Shown here one piece after another: positions 39,137-48,862 of a stretch of DNA of 64,000 nt (its first letter is position 1; the number at the start of each line of letters is the position of its first letter). The notes under the pieces were generated by a model. The model did no database searches. It was not told the DNA's origin and was given only the letters and a program-made list of their open reading frames with translations. Both the position numbers and the translations under genes were made by a program. This DNA comes from Deltaproteobacteria bacterium (lineage in GTDB: Bacteria > Desulfobacterota > Binatia > Binatales > Binataceae), in contig JAKAVC010000134.1 in assembly GCA_021817345.1 (NCBI GenBank), positions 4,311 through 68,310 of the forward strand, in the 5' to 3' direction.

Positions 39137-40069
39137 TTGCGTATCGCATTGATAGGACAGGCGCTGTTTGCTCAAAAGGCTCTGGAGGCGCTGGTCGCGC
39201 ACGGCGAGGAAATCGTCCATGTGTTCGCTCCACCCGATCCGCCGTCGGGAAAGCCCGATCCGCTCAAGGCGAAGGCCGTGGAGCTCGGGCTGCCGCTAAG
39301 CCAGCCGCGCTCGTTCAAAAGCGATGCGGCCTACGAGCATTTCAAAGCCCTCAACGCGGATCTCGCCGTGATGGCGTTCGTTACGATAATCGTGCCCGAG
39401 AGGATTCTCTACGCGCCCAGACACAAGTCGATCTGCTTCCATCCGTCGATTTTGCCGCGCCATCGCGGCGCAAGCGCGATCAACTGGGCGATAATCCAGG
39501 GCGACTCTGAGACTGGCGTTACATGGTTCTGGCCCGACAAGGGTATCGACACCGGGCCGATCCTCGTACAGAGGCGGGTTCCGATCGGCGAGGAGGATAC
39601 GGTCGGCTCGCTTTACTTCAGCCGACTGTTCCCGCTCGGAATCGATTCGATGATCGAGGCGGTCGAACTGATAAAGCGCGGCGCCGCGCCCGCGATACAG
39701 CAGGACGAGCGCCTGGCGACCTATGAGCCGCCCTGTCGCGACGAGCATGCGGGAGTGGACTTCCGCATGTCCGCGCGCGAGGTTCACAACCTGATCCGAG
39801 GATGCGATCCGCAACCGGGTGCGTTCGCGGAACTCGCGGGACGGCGGCTCAGGATGTACGAGCCGCGGCTCGAAGCGTCCGCGCCGGGCGGCGAGCCCGG
39901 CACGATTCTCTCGATCGACAAGGACGGGATGCGCGTCGCGACGGCGGACGCGTCGATACTGATTCGGCGGGTGCGGCTTGAGCCGGACGGGAAAAAGGCC
40001 GACCCGGCGGAGCTTGCCGCCTCGGGAGTGCTCGGCGCCGGGATGAAGTTGAGCAAGCCGGGTGCCTGA
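39137..40069 (+). CDS. formyltransferase-family protein (Fmt-like / 10-formyl-THF hydrolase-like)
   Basis: Motifs HPSILPRHRGASAINW, GIDTGPI and HNLIRGCDPQPGA. Confidence 0.85.
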   Translation: MRIALIGQALFAQKALEALVAHGEEIVHVFAPPDPPSGKPDPLKAKAVELGLPLSQPRSFKSDAAYEHFKALNADLAVMAFVTIIVPERILYAPRHKSICFHPSILPRHRGASAINWAIIQGDSETGVTWFWPDKGIDTGPILVQRRVPIGEEDTVGSLYFSRLFPLGIDSMIEAVELIKRGAAPAIQQDERLATYEPPCRDEHAGVDFRMSAREVHNLIRGCDPQPGAFAELAGRRLRMYEPRLEASAPGGEPGTILSIDKDGMRVATADASILIRRVRLEPDGKKADPAELAASGVLGAGMKLSKPGA

Positions 40070-40184
40070 CGCCCGCGCGCGGAGTTGGCGCCGCGCTCTG
40101 GCCCCGTATCGGCGGCTCGGATACCCTTTTGAGGCAGGGGAGCGGCCCGAGCGGCTTTGACCGCGTCGGCGTTGCGCTCGGGAT

Positions 40185-41225
40185 TTGGGCGAGCGGGAGG
40201 TCAGGGTCGTGAGGCTTTGCGTCGGAACTTCCAAGGGAATCGTCATCCTCGATCCCGCGCGCCCGAGCGTGCCCCGGATGGTGCTGGCCGACCCGTCGCC
40301 GGTATGGTGCCTGGCCCAGGACTGCCGCGACCCGAACCTGCTCTACGCTGGCTCCAACGCGATCGAGCACGGTCGCGGTGCGCTCTCGCGCTCGGACGAC
40401 GGAGGGCGGAGCTGGGTCGAGATCACGCCGCCGGCCGCGCGCGAAGAGGAAGTATGGGCGCTCGCGGCCTCGCCAACCGTGCCGGGGCGGATTTTTTTCG
40501 GCACTTCGCACGCGAGGCTGTTTCGCAGCGACGACGGCGGGCGGACGTTTCACGAGATGGCCGCGTTTCTCAAGATTCCGGGACGCGAGCGATGGACCTT
40601 TCCATCGTCGCCGCATATCCCTCACGTGCGCTCGATAGCGTTCGACCCTCACGCGCCCAACACGATTTACATGGGCGTCGAGGAGGGCGGAATCTATCGT
40701 TCGCGCGACCTTGGCGAGTCGTTCGAGGCGTTGAATGACGGCCTCTACGAGGATGTTCACACGGTCGCAATCGATCGCAAGGATCCGCGGCGGCTTTACG
40801 CGACAACCGGCGCGGGATTCCATCTCTCGGAAGACGGCGGCCAGTCGTGGCGCCGCATCAAGGAGGGCCTCGACCGCACCTACACGGTCCCGATGGTAAT
40901 CGTTGAGGAAGGCGGCGAATTCGTGCTCTACACCGCGGCCGCCGCAGGCCCGCCGCCGAGCTGGCAGGTCGCGGCGCGCGGCGCGGACTCGGCGCTCTAT
41001 CGCAGCGTCGACGGCGGGCGCTCGTTCGAGCTGCTCGAACGGCGGTTCGCGCCCGAGCGTGGGATGCCGATGCGGTTTCGCGAGAGACCGGGTGCGCCGG
41101 GAGAATTTTTCGGCGTATCGACGACCGGAACCGTCTTCCGATACGGAGCCAGCGGAAACGGATACGCCTCACATCCGCTTGTCGAAAAGCTCCCGCCAGC
41201 CTACGACCTGACCATCCTTCCCTGA
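40185..41225 (+). CDS. BNR/Asp-box beta-propeller protein
   Basis: Repeated RSxDGGxSW/F Asp-boxes (SRSDDGGRSW, RSDDGGRTF, LSEDGGQSW, RSVDGGRSF); no signal peptide; exact start uncertain. Confidence 0.8.
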   Translation: MGEREVRVVRLCVGTSKGIVILDPARPSVPRMVLADPSPVWCLAQDCRDPNLLYAGSNAIEHGRGALSRSDDGGRSWVEITPPAAREEEVWALAASPTVPGRIFFGTSHARLFRSDDGGRTFHEMAAFLKIPGRERWTFPSSPHIPHVRSIAFDPHAPNTIYMGVEEGGIYRSRDLGESFEALNDGLYEDVHTVAIDRKDPRRLYATTGAGFHLSEDGGQSWRRIKEGLDRTYTVPMVIVEEGGEFVLYTAAAAGPPPSWQVAARGADSALYRSVDGGRSFELLERRFAPERGMPMRFRERPGAPGEFFGVSTTGTVFRYGASGNGYASHPLVEKLPPAYDLTILP

Positions 41226-41351
41226 GATAGTCGGCCAGGAATTCCGCTGCACGGGCCTGAGGGGAAAGGCGCGCTGCCACGCTCGGGGACCCCGCGCGAG
41301 TCCGAGGATTAGCGTTCGGGGGAATCCCGATGCGGCTATCCGCAGCCGTGT

Positions 41352-41591
41352 CTACTCGTCGTCCGGCTGCGAGTTCTCATCCGAGGCGTCTGAATCCTGC
41401 TCCTCAGCTCTTTTGCCGCGTATCTCCCGGACCACGAACGCGCCACCGAGAAAGACGAACAACACGCCTACCGGGAAAAGCACGCCTGCCAGGATCGGAC
41501 GCTCATAAATTATCTCAAGGCCCCACCAGATGAGCCCGATGCCCAGAGCAAGAAAGAAGAGAACCTGACCGATGCGCATCCGAGCCACCAT
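41352..41591 (-). CDS. small hypothetical two-TM membrane protein with acidic tail
   Basis: Two hydrophobic segments followed by EEQDSDASDENSQPDDE. Confidence 0.6.
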   Translation of the reverse strand: MVARMRIGQVLFFLALGIGLIWWGLEIIYERPILAGVLFPVGVLFVFLGGAFVVREIRGKRAEEQDSDASDENSQPDDE

Positions 41592-41685
41592 AGACCTAAC
41601 ACAGTCGTCTGTCATCCATAAACCAACGTACGCCCTTGACGAAGAGCGAATGAAAAGCGAAACTGAACCCTTCAGGGGAAGGCTC

Positions 41686-42678
41686 ATGGCCGAAGTCGGG
41701 ATGGAATTGCCGCTGGTCAGCGAAACTTCGACAGGCCTGGACACGCGGGGAGACGTCGAGTTCCACGAGATGCCCGTCCGCAGGATTCTGAACCGATGCG
41801 CGAGTCCGCGGATGCCGTTTCAATGGACGATCAATCCGTATCGCGGATGCGAATTCGGATGCGTGTACTGTTACGCCCGTTATACGCACGAGTTCCTCGA
41901 ACTGCGCGACCCGCTCGACTTCGAACGGCGAATCTTCGTGAAGCGGATGGCAGCCGCGGCGCTTTCGCGCGAGCTCTCGCGCACGCCGGTTGGCGACGAC
42001 GCGATCGCTATCGGCACCGCGACCGATCCCTATCAACCCGCCGAGCGCAGGTTCGAGCTGACGCGCTCGATGCTCAAGGTTCTCGCCGAACTGTCCGGGC
42101 TTAGGATCTCAATCACGACCAAGTCCGCGCTTATCACCCGTGACCTCGACGTTCTCCGCGCGCTCAACCGCCGGTCGAATATCGCGGTCAATTTTTCGCT
42201 GATTACGCTCGACCGCAGGCTCCAGCGCGTGCTCGAACCGCGCGCGACGCGTCCGGAACTCAGGCTTAGGGCGCTCGCAGAACTGGCGGGCGCGGGAATC
42301 CGATGCAACGTTCTGGTGATGCCGGTTATTCCAGGGCTGAGCGACGCTCCATGCTCGGTCGAGGCGGTGACACGCGCGGCGAAGGCGGCGGGCGCGAGCA
42401 ACCTGTGGTGGAGAGCGCTCTTTCTGCGGCCGGCGGCCGCGCGCCGCTTCATCCCCTTCATCCGCGCGCGCTTTCCGAAGCTGGCATCGAGGATCGACGC
42501 CTTCTATGGGCGCAATGCGTACCCGCCGAGGACTTACGACGAGCATCTCGAAGCGCTCTTCACACGGCTTAAGGCGAAATACGGTTTCGATTTCTCGCGC
42601 GAACGATTCGCGACGCCGCACGCGCAAGCGATACGGTCCGCCGCACAGCCAGGCCTGTTCGATCACGCCCGCGGGTGA
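41686..42678 (+). CDS. radical SAM protein, SplB-related (Rv2578c/PA0069-like)
   Basis: Motifs WTINPYRGCEFGCVYCYAR (CxxxCxxC), IGTATDPYQPAE and ITTKS. Confidence 0.88.
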   Translation: MAEVGMELPLVSETSTGLDTRGDVEFHEMPVRRILNRCASPRMPFQWTINPYRGCEFGCVYCYARYTHEFLELRDPLDFERRIFVKRMAAAALSRELSRTPVGDDAIAIGTATDPYQPAERRFELTRSMLKVLAELSGLRISITTKSALITRDLDVLRALNRRSNIAVNFSLITLDRRLQRVLEPRATRPELRLRALAELAGAGIRCNVLVMPVIPGLSDAPCSVEAVTRAAKAAGASNLWWRALFLRPAAARRFIPFIRARFPKLASRIDAFYGRNAYPPRTYDEHLEALFTRLKAKYGFDFSRERFATPHAQAIRSAAQPGLFDHARG

Positions 42679-42797
42679 AACCGTGTCCGATGCGGGGGCG
42701 CTCATCCGCAAGCGCGGAATCGCGCGGAGCGGGCGCAAGCCTGCGCTCGGTTCAGACCGGCGCAATTCCGAGACGACGAACGACTTGATCTTGAATG

Positions 42798-42884
42798 TGG
42801 TGCGCGGGGCGGGACTTGAACCCGCACGGCATCGCTGCCACCAGCCCCTCAAACTGGCGTGTCTGCCTGTTCCACCACCCGCGC
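42798..42884 (-). tRNA. tRNA-Leu (GAG)
   Basis: GCGCGGGTGGTGGAACAGGCAGACACGCCAGTTTGAGGGGCTGG...GGGTTCAAGTCCCGCCCCGCGCACCA: 87 nt, long variable arm, anticodon GAG, encoded CCA; downstream of secG. Confidence 0.96.
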
Positions 42885-42932
42885 ACTCGGAGAAAAGAGG
42901 GTATGCGGTTCGCGCCGGTCGCTCGCTCCGTC

Positions 42933-43289
42933 CTACTTGCTGGCTGGAGCCGATGACGGGGCCGAATGCGGCGCCGGAGCGGGAAGGGCCGCTTTCGCTT
43001 TCGGGACGGCCTGAGCCGGCATCACGCTGTGCGTCCCGCTTCCGAAGACGCTTCCGGTCGCCCGCCGGGTTGAGGCGTATGCGAGATACATCGAGGTGGC
43101 GAAAAACACCACCGCTAGTCCGCTCGTGATCCGGGTGAGCACGTTACCCGCGCCGCTTGCGCCAAACACCGTCTGGCTCGAACCTCCGAACACGGCGCCG
43201 ATCTCCGCGCCCTTGCCTTGCTGGAGGAGGATCACCACCACCAGCGAAACGCATACGATTACGTGAATCGTCAGAACGACCGTGATCAC
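42933..43289 (-). CDS. secG: preprotein translocase subunit SecG
   Basis: ILLQQGKGAEIGAVFGGSSQTVFG...NVLTRIT. Confidence 0.95.
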   Translation of the reverse strand: MITVVLTIHVIVCVSLVVVILLQQGKGAEIGAVFGGSSQTVFGASGAGNVLTRITSGLAVVFFATSMYLAYASTRRATGSVFGSGTHSVMPAQAVPKAKAALPAPAPHSAPSSAPASK

Positions 43290-43302
43290 TAAAGTTTCCG
43301 CC

Positions 43303-44076
43303 TCAACCGACGCGCGCCCTTACTATACGCGCGAAGGAGTCAGCCCTTAAGCTTGCCCCGCCGACCAGAGCGCCGTCAATATCAGGCCTGGAGACGAGCG
43401 AGTCAACGTTTTCGGGCGTGACGCTTCCGCCATAGATGATTCGGGCCTTGACTGCGGCCTCCCGGCCCCATCGCTGCTCGATAATTTCGCGCACCGCGCC
43501 GTGAATCGTTCCCGCCTGCTCGGGCGTGGCGTTCTTGCCCGTGCCGATGGCCCATACCGGCTCGTAGGCGACCACGACCCGCTCGATGTCCTCGCTGCTT
43601 ACGCCATCGAGCCCGTTTTCGAGCTGCTTGACCACCACTTCGAGCGCGTTGCCCGCGTCGTGCTGCATCAGGGTTTCGCCCACGCACAGAATCGGGACGA
43701 GGCGATGGCGCAGGGCGGCGAGCACTTTCTTGTTTATGGCTTCGTCGGTCTCGCCGAAGATGTGGCGTCGCTCGGAGTGCCCCAGGATTACGTGCGTCAC
43801 GCCGAACGGCTTCAACATCGGAGCCGATATTTCACCAGTGAAGGCGCCCTTGTCCTCGAAGTGCATGTTCTGCGCGCCGAGCAGGAGCGACGAGCCGGCG
43901 AGCGCCTGCGAAACTGCGGGAATCAGTACCGCCGGCGGCGCGATCAGGACCTCGCGATCCTTCGCCAGGGTCGAAGACTCGGGATCGAGTTCGGCGCGAA
44001 GCGCCGCGAGCATCGCGCGCGCCTCGTTCGCGGTGAAGTTCATCTTCCAGTTTGCCGCGACAAGCTTGCTACGCAT
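43303..44076 (-). CDS. tpiA: triosephosphate isomerase
   Basis: Motifs ANWKMN, GHSERR, AYEPVWAIGTG and LVGGASL. Confidence 0.98.
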   Translation of the reverse strand: MRSKLVAANWKMNFTANEARAMLAALRAELDPESSTLAKDREVLIAPPAVLIPAVSQALAGSSLLLGAQNMHFEDKGAFTGEISAPMLKPFGVTHVILGHSERRHIFGETDEAINKKVLAALRHRLVPILCVGETLMQHDAGNALEVVVKQLENGLDGVSSEDIERVVVAYEPVWAIGTGKNATPEQAGTIHGAVREIIEQRWGREAAVKARIIYGGSVTPENVDSLVSRPDIDGALVGGASLRADSFARIVRARVG

Positions 44077-44139
44077 GGGAAATCTTCCGGACCGGCTGCG
44101 GTTCGGCGCGCGCCGCGACGCATCGGCCGCGCAGGTACC

Positions 44140-45315
44140 CTAGTAATCGAGCGCTTTCACGCCGGGAAGCTCGCGCCCCTCAAGATATTCGAGCGTGGCG
44201 CCGCCGCCGGTCGAGATATGGGTGAAACCCCTCGACCACGGCTGATGGGCGACCGCGGCGGCCGTGTCTCCGCCGCCGATTACGCTTTTGACGCCGCTCA
44301 GGCCGGCAAGCGCTTCACCGACCTTGAGCGTGCCCTTCGCGAACGCCTCGTTCTCGAAAACTCCGAGCGGGCCATTCCAGACCACGGTTTTGGCCCCGGC
44401 CAGGCGCGCGATAAAGTCGTCGGCGGTCCTGGGCCCGATGTCGAGACCCATCATCCCGGCCGGAATCTCGGAGACCACGGTTGCGGTCTCCGGCTTGTCG
44501 AGAGCTTCCGCGACGACGTGATCGACGGGCAGCACGAAATCCACGCCCTGCTTCTTCGCCGCCTCAAGCAGCTCGTTCGCAAGCCCGAGCTTGTCCTCTT
44601 CGACCCGCGAGCGCCCTACCGGCGTGCCGCGCGCTTTCAGAAACGTGTAGGCCATCGCGCCGCCGATAAGGAATCTGTCGAGCTTGGGCAGCAGATGCCT
44701 GATCACGCCGATTTTGTCCGAGACCTTGGCCCCACCGAGGATCGCGACCGCCGGACGCGGCGGATCGTTGACCACGGAACTCAGGGCCTCGATCTCGCGC
44801 ATCATCAGGAAGCCCGCCGCGCGCTCGCTGAAGAACTGCGCCACGCCGGCGGTCGAGGCGTGTGCGCGATGGGCCGCGCCGAAAGCGTCGTTGACGTAGA
44901 CGTCCTTGCCGCGCGCGAGTTCGTGGGCGAAGTCGCGGTTGTTGGCCTCTTCTTCGGCATGAAAACGCAGGTTCTCGAGCAGCAGCGCCTCGCCGGGCTT
45001 GAGCGCCGAGACCATCCTGCCGGTCACGTCGCCGATACAATCGGGCGCAAGCGGCACCTTTATTCCAAGCTCGGCGCTCAACCGCTCGGCCACAGGCTTA
45101 AGGCTGAATTCCGGAGTGCGCTCCTTGGGACGGCCGAGATGCGAGCACATCACCGCCGACCCGCCCTCCTTGAGGACGTAACGGATGGTCTCAAGGGTGG
45201 CCTCGATGCGGGTTGGGTCGGCGATGCGGCCGTCGTGGATCGGCACGTTGAAATCGCATCGAACGAGCACCCGTTTGCCCGCCAGCTTCAGGCTCGTAAT
45301 GGGTCGAATTGGCAT
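44140..45315 (-). CDS. pgk: phosphoglycerate kinase
   Basis: Motifs RCDFNVP, SHLGRP, LLENLRF, NDAFGAAHRAH and ISTGGGA. Confidence 0.98.
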   Translation of the reverse strand: MPIRPITSLKLAGKRVLVRCDFNVPIHDGRIADPTRIEATLETIRYVLKEGGSAVMCSHLGRPKERTPEFSLKPVAERLSAELGIKVPLAPDCIGDVTGRMVSALKPGEALLLENLRFHAEEEANNRDFAHELARGKDVYVNDAFGAAHRAHASTAGVAQFFSERAAGFLMMREIEALSSVVNDPPRPAVAILGGAKVSDKIGVIRHLLPKLDRFLIGGAMAYTFLKARGTPVGRSRVEEDKLGLANELLEAAKKQGVDFVLPVDHVVAEALDKPETATVVSEIPAGMMGLDIGPRTADDFIARLAGAKTVVWNGPLGVFENEAFAKGTLKVGEALAGLSGVKSVIGGGDTAAAVAHQPWSRGFTHISTGGGATLEYLEGRELPGVKALDY

Positions 45316-45334
45316 GACTGTTTACCGCCGATAA

Positions 45335-46339
45335 TCAGAGTCGTGCCGCCACGTGAGCGGTGACGTCGACAAGGCGGCACGAGTAACCCCATTCGTTGTC
45401 GTACCACGAAAATATTTTGACCAGCCGCTTGCCCATCACCTTAGTAAGCGGCGCGTCGAAGATCGACGAGTGCGGATTTCCGTTGAAGTCGATCGAAACC
45501 AGCGGGTCCTCGCAATAGGCGAGGATTCCCTTCAGTTCGCCCTCGGCAGCCTTCTTCATCGCGGCGTTGACCGCCTTTTCGTCGGCGTCACGCTCCACGA
45601 TTGCGGCCAGATCGACCAGCGAGACGTTGGCGGTTGGAACCCTCACCGCGACGCCGTCGAGCTTGCCCTTGAGCGCCGGCAGGACCAGCCCTATCGCGCG
45701 CGCCGCTCCGGTCGACGTCGGCACCATCGAGAGCCCCGCCGCACGGGCGCGCCTCAGATCGCGATGCGGTCCGTCCTGGAGATTCTGATCGGCCGTATAG
45801 GCGTGCACCGTCGTCATCAGGCCGTGCACGATCCCGAAGTTCTCGTGCAGCACCTTCGCAACCGGGGCCAGGCAATTGGTGGTGCAGGAAGCGTTGGAGA
45901 TGATGTGATGCCTGGCCGGGTCGTAGGCTTCGGGATTGACGCCCATGCAGACGGTCGCGTCCACGCCTTCACCAGGCGCGCTGATCACGACCTTTTTTGC
46001 ACCGGCGGCGAGATGGGCCGAGGCTTTTTCCTTCGAAGTGAAAAGCCCCGAAGACTCGACCACGACCTGAACGCCGAGGGATTTCCACGGAAGCTTCGAC
46101 GGATCGCGCTCGGCAAGCACTTTGACCGGCTTGCCGTCGATGAGGATCGTGTCGCCCTCGGCTCTCACGTCATGAGCGAGCGTTCCGTGGACCGAGTCGT
46201 ACTTGAGCAGATGGCCAAGCGTGTGCGCGTCGGTAATGTCGTTGACGGCGACGGTTTCGAGGTCTTTTCGCGTCAGTGCGGCGCGCAGAAAGAGCCTGCC
46301 GATTCGTCCAAATCCATTAATGGCGATCTTGGTAGCCAC
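45335..46339 (-). CDS. gap: type I glyceraldehyde-3-phosphate dehydrogenase
   Basis: Motifs INGFGRIGR, SNASCTTNCL and WYDNEWGY; start GTG 46339. Confidence 0.98.
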   Translation of the reverse strand: MATKIAINGFGRIGRLFLRAALTRKDLETVAVNDITDAHTLGHLLKYDSVHGTLAHDVRAEGDTILIDGKPVKVLAERDPSKLPWKSLGVQVVVESSGLFTSKEKASAHLAAGAKKVVISAPGEGVDATVCMGVNPEAYDPARHHIISNASCTTNCLAPVAKVLHENFGIVHGLMTTVHAYTADQNLQDGPHRDLRRARAAGLSMVPTSTGAARAIGLVLPALKGKLDGVAVRVPTANVSLVDLAAIVERDADEKAVNAAMKKAAEGELKGILAYCEDPLVSIDFNGNPHSSIFDAPLTKVMGKRLVKIFSWYDNEWGYSCRLVDVTAHVAARL

Positions 46340-46546
46340 GGCGTGAATCCTCCCGGGATGCCTCTTGCGGCGCCTGCCTTGTAATCGCCGCAAGTTAGAC
46401 GTTGGGTTTTACTGTTGCAAGAGCGTAAAAGCATAAAACGGGCCAAATTCAGGCAATTCCCGGCCGGAAAAGGCTCTTCGCCGACGCACATATTTTTCAC
46501 CGGCAAAAAAAGCGTAAAATGTCGAACTGCAAAGGAAGATGGTCTT

Positions 46547-47263
46547 ATGATCCCTTCTGCGACGGCTGGCGCCGGCGGTTTGAGCGTCGTCGATCTGCTC
46601 CTCGGAACGGGGCCGGTTGTTCAGGTAGTTATCTGGACACTTGTTGCGTTTTCGGTCGGGAGCTGGGGAATAATCCTCTACAAGCTGGTTCAGACTTCGC
46701 GCGCGCGCCGGGAATCCGAACGTTTCATTTCCATATTTTGGGAATCGCGCAACCTCGCCACTATCCACAACGCCAGTGTCGGCCTGGTCCGAAGCCCGAT
46801 CGCGCAGGTGTTCCGCGCCGGCTACCAGGAAGTGCTGCAGCTTACCCGCGCCAAGCGCCAGGCGGTCGGCGCCGAGAACGCCTTTTCGGCCGACTTCGGC
46901 GGCGCGGCTAACGTGATGCGCGCGATGAAGAAGCAGGGCAATGTCGAGTTGACCAAGCTCGAATATGGGATCACGTTCCTCGCAACTACCGGCTCGACTT
47001 GCCCGTTTGTGGGTCTTTTCGGAACAGTGTGGGGAATAATGACGGCCTTTTTGGGCCTGTCGGCAGCTCACTCGTCCAATATCCAGGCGGTCGCCCCCGG
47101 TATCGCCGAAGCGCTTATCACCACCGCGATCGGACTGGTCGCCGCGATTCCCGCGCAGGTTTTCTACAACTACCTGACCGCGCGGGTTCACGTGCTCGCC
47201 ACCGAGATCGACAACTTTACCGCCGAGTTCCTTAATATCGCCGAGCGTCATTTCCTTTCCTGA
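46547..47263 (+). CDS. tolQ: TolQ (MotA/TolQ/ExbB family)
   Basis: Motifs PFVGLFGTVWGIM and VAPGIAEALITTAIGL; first gene of the tol-pal cluster. Confidence 0.92.
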   Translation: MIPSATAGAGGLSVVDLLLGTGPVVQVVIWTLVAFSVGSWGIILYKLVQTSRARRESERFISIFWESRNLATIHNASVGLVRSPIAQVFRAGYQEVLQLTRAKRQAVGAENAFSADFGGAANVMRAMKKQGNVELTKLEYGITFLATTGSTCPFVGLFGTVWGIMTAFLGLSAAHSSNIQAVAPGIAEALITTAIGLVAAIPAQVFYNYLTARVHVLATEIDNFTAEFLNIAERHFLS

Positions 47264-47283
47264 GGATCATCGGAGACTCAATC

Positions 47284-47748
47284 GTGGCCTTTGAAGCCGG
47301 ACAGCGAGGCAAATATGTTTCGCAGATAAACGTCACGCCGCTGGTGGACGTGATGCTGGTGCTGCTGATCATTTTCATGGTCACCGCGCCGATTATCCAG
47401 CAGGGCGTGCAGGTCACGCTGCCAAAGGTCAAGGCGGCCGCGCTGCCGGGCAAGGAGCTTCAGTTCGTGGTTTCGATCACGCGCGGCGGCGAGATCTATC
47501 TGAACGATCGCAAGCTCTCCCCCGACGAGCTTACTCAAAAGCTCGCGGCGATCTCGCGCGAACGGCCCGACCGCGAGGTTTTTGTTCGCGCCGACGAGCA
47601 GGTTCCCTACGGCGAGGTTATCCGCACGATGGCGGCGATAAAGGCTGCCGGAATCGAAAACGTCGGGATGGTGACGGAAATGCCGGCGCCGGGCCGCGGC
47701 GGGCGAGGAGCGGCGGTCAGACACGATCGTGGGAAGTCCGCGCCATAA
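47284..47748 (+). CDS. tolR: TolR
   Basis: INVTPLVDVMLVLLIIFMVTAP. Confidence 0.92.
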   Translation: MAFEAGQRGKYVSQINVTPLVDVMLVLLIIFMVTAPIIQQGVQVTLPKVKAAALPGKELQFVVSITRGGEIYLNDRKLSPDELTQKLAAISRERPDREVFVRADEQVPYGEVIRTMAAIKAAGIENVGMVTEMPAPGRGGRGAAVRHDRGKSAP

Positions 47749-48781
47749 CGACGAAAGGCCGGCCCCGTGGGGATATATAGCGGCCATCGTGGTCTCCGCA
47801 CTCGGGCACGCGGGCCTGCTGGCCATCGTGTTCCTCGTGATGCCGCGCCTGTTCCATCCGGACGAAAGTCCTCCACCTTCTTACACGGTCAAGATAGTCG
47901 ACAGCCTGCCCGCCGGCGACCTCGGGACCCATCTGCCGCCACTGGCGCCCAGGCGTCGGCCGCGACCGGCCAGACGCGCCGAAGCGGAAAAACCCAGGCC
48001 CGAAAAACCCAAGCCTGTGCCGCCCAGGCTTCCGCACGAGCCCGACAAAAACGCAATCGCGCTCAACACCAGAAAGCTCGCGACCCCTACGCCGACACCG
48101 ACTCCTACGCCCACGCCGACTCGCGAGGCGACCGCCAGCCCCACGCCCAGGCCCAGGAAGCGCCACGAGGCCGCGCACAAGCCGGCTCCCAAGCCGACGC
48201 CGGAAAGGAAGCTCGCCCACACGCGCTCGACTCCCAAGCCCGAGCATCATCGCACTCACGAGCATAAGCGGCGCCAAACCGAAGTCGCGAGCGCCAAACC
48301 GCGACCCACGGCGAGCATCCAGGAGCAACTCGCAAAGATTCGCGAGGAGCTCCTTGCACAGCATCTCCGCGAGGAGAAAAAGGAACGCACGCACAACCAG
48401 TCCGCAAGCGGGCCGGTACTCGCCGACAAGGATACCGCGGGTTTGGGAATGGGCATCGGTTCCGGTACCGGAAGCATGGGGATTCAACAGGACCTCGCAT
48501 TTCTGCTCTACTATCGGACTGTGCAGCAGAGGATTAAGCAGGCATGGAGCTTCTCGGGAGGCTCCGGCGACCTGACCACGACGGTCGATTTTTCGATTGG
48601 ACCCGACGGAAGCCTGACCGGGGTGACGATCGCGAAGAGTTCGAACGACCCGGCCTACGATCAATCGGTGATTCGCGCAATCAAGCGGGCGGCGCCGTTT
48701 CCGGCGCCGCCGGAAAAATATCGCTCCGAGTTTGCGCACGGCGTGGAAGCGTTGTTCAAGCTCGGCGAACTCAAATCCTGA
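47729..48781 (+). CDS. tolA: TolA / TonB-like energy transducer
   Basis: TM segment with SxxxH (SALGH), Pro/Thr-rich linker and TonB_C-like end (YDQSVIRAIKRAAPFP); located between tolR and tolB. Confidence 0.85.
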   Translation: MGSPRHNDERPAPWGYIAAIVVSALGHAGLLAIVFLVMPRLFHPDESPPPSYTVKIVDSLPAGDLGTHLPPLAPRRRPRPARRAEAEKPRPEKPKPVPPRLPHEPDKNAIALNTRKLATPTPTPTPTPTPTREATASPTPRPRKRHEAAHKPAPKPTPERKLAHTRSTPKPEHHRTHEHKRRQTEVASAKPRPTASIQEQLAKIREELLAQHLREEKKERTHNQSASGPVLADKDTAGLGMGIGSGTGSMGIQQDLAFLLYYRTVQQRIKQAWSFSGGSGDLTTTVDFSIGPDGSLTGVTIAKSSNDPAYDQSVIRAIKRAAPFPAPPEKYRSEFAHGVEALFKLGELKS

Positions 48782-48862
48782 GATGTGGGATTGGCGAAGC
48801 TCCGCGCAATTCGAGGCCGGTTGGCCCCGGACCTCGTCGCCGCGGCTTCGAACGGTAAGGTG

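Noticed and set aside
42679-42932. tRNA-Leu as an integration site
   Set aside because: No integrase nearby, and no duplicated tRNA 3' end found in the window.
43501-45363. Long alternative-frame ORFs (e.g. 43501..45363 +, 55525..57609 -, 59643..61649 -, 15266..16558 +, 27255..28535 -)
   Set aside because: They are antisense shadows of well-supported genes, expected in high-GC DNA, and show no recognisable motifs.
48082-48125. Hexamer-like repeat in tolA
   Set aside because: It encodes the ordinary Pro-Thr linker with varied codons; it is not a contingency repeat or CRISPR.
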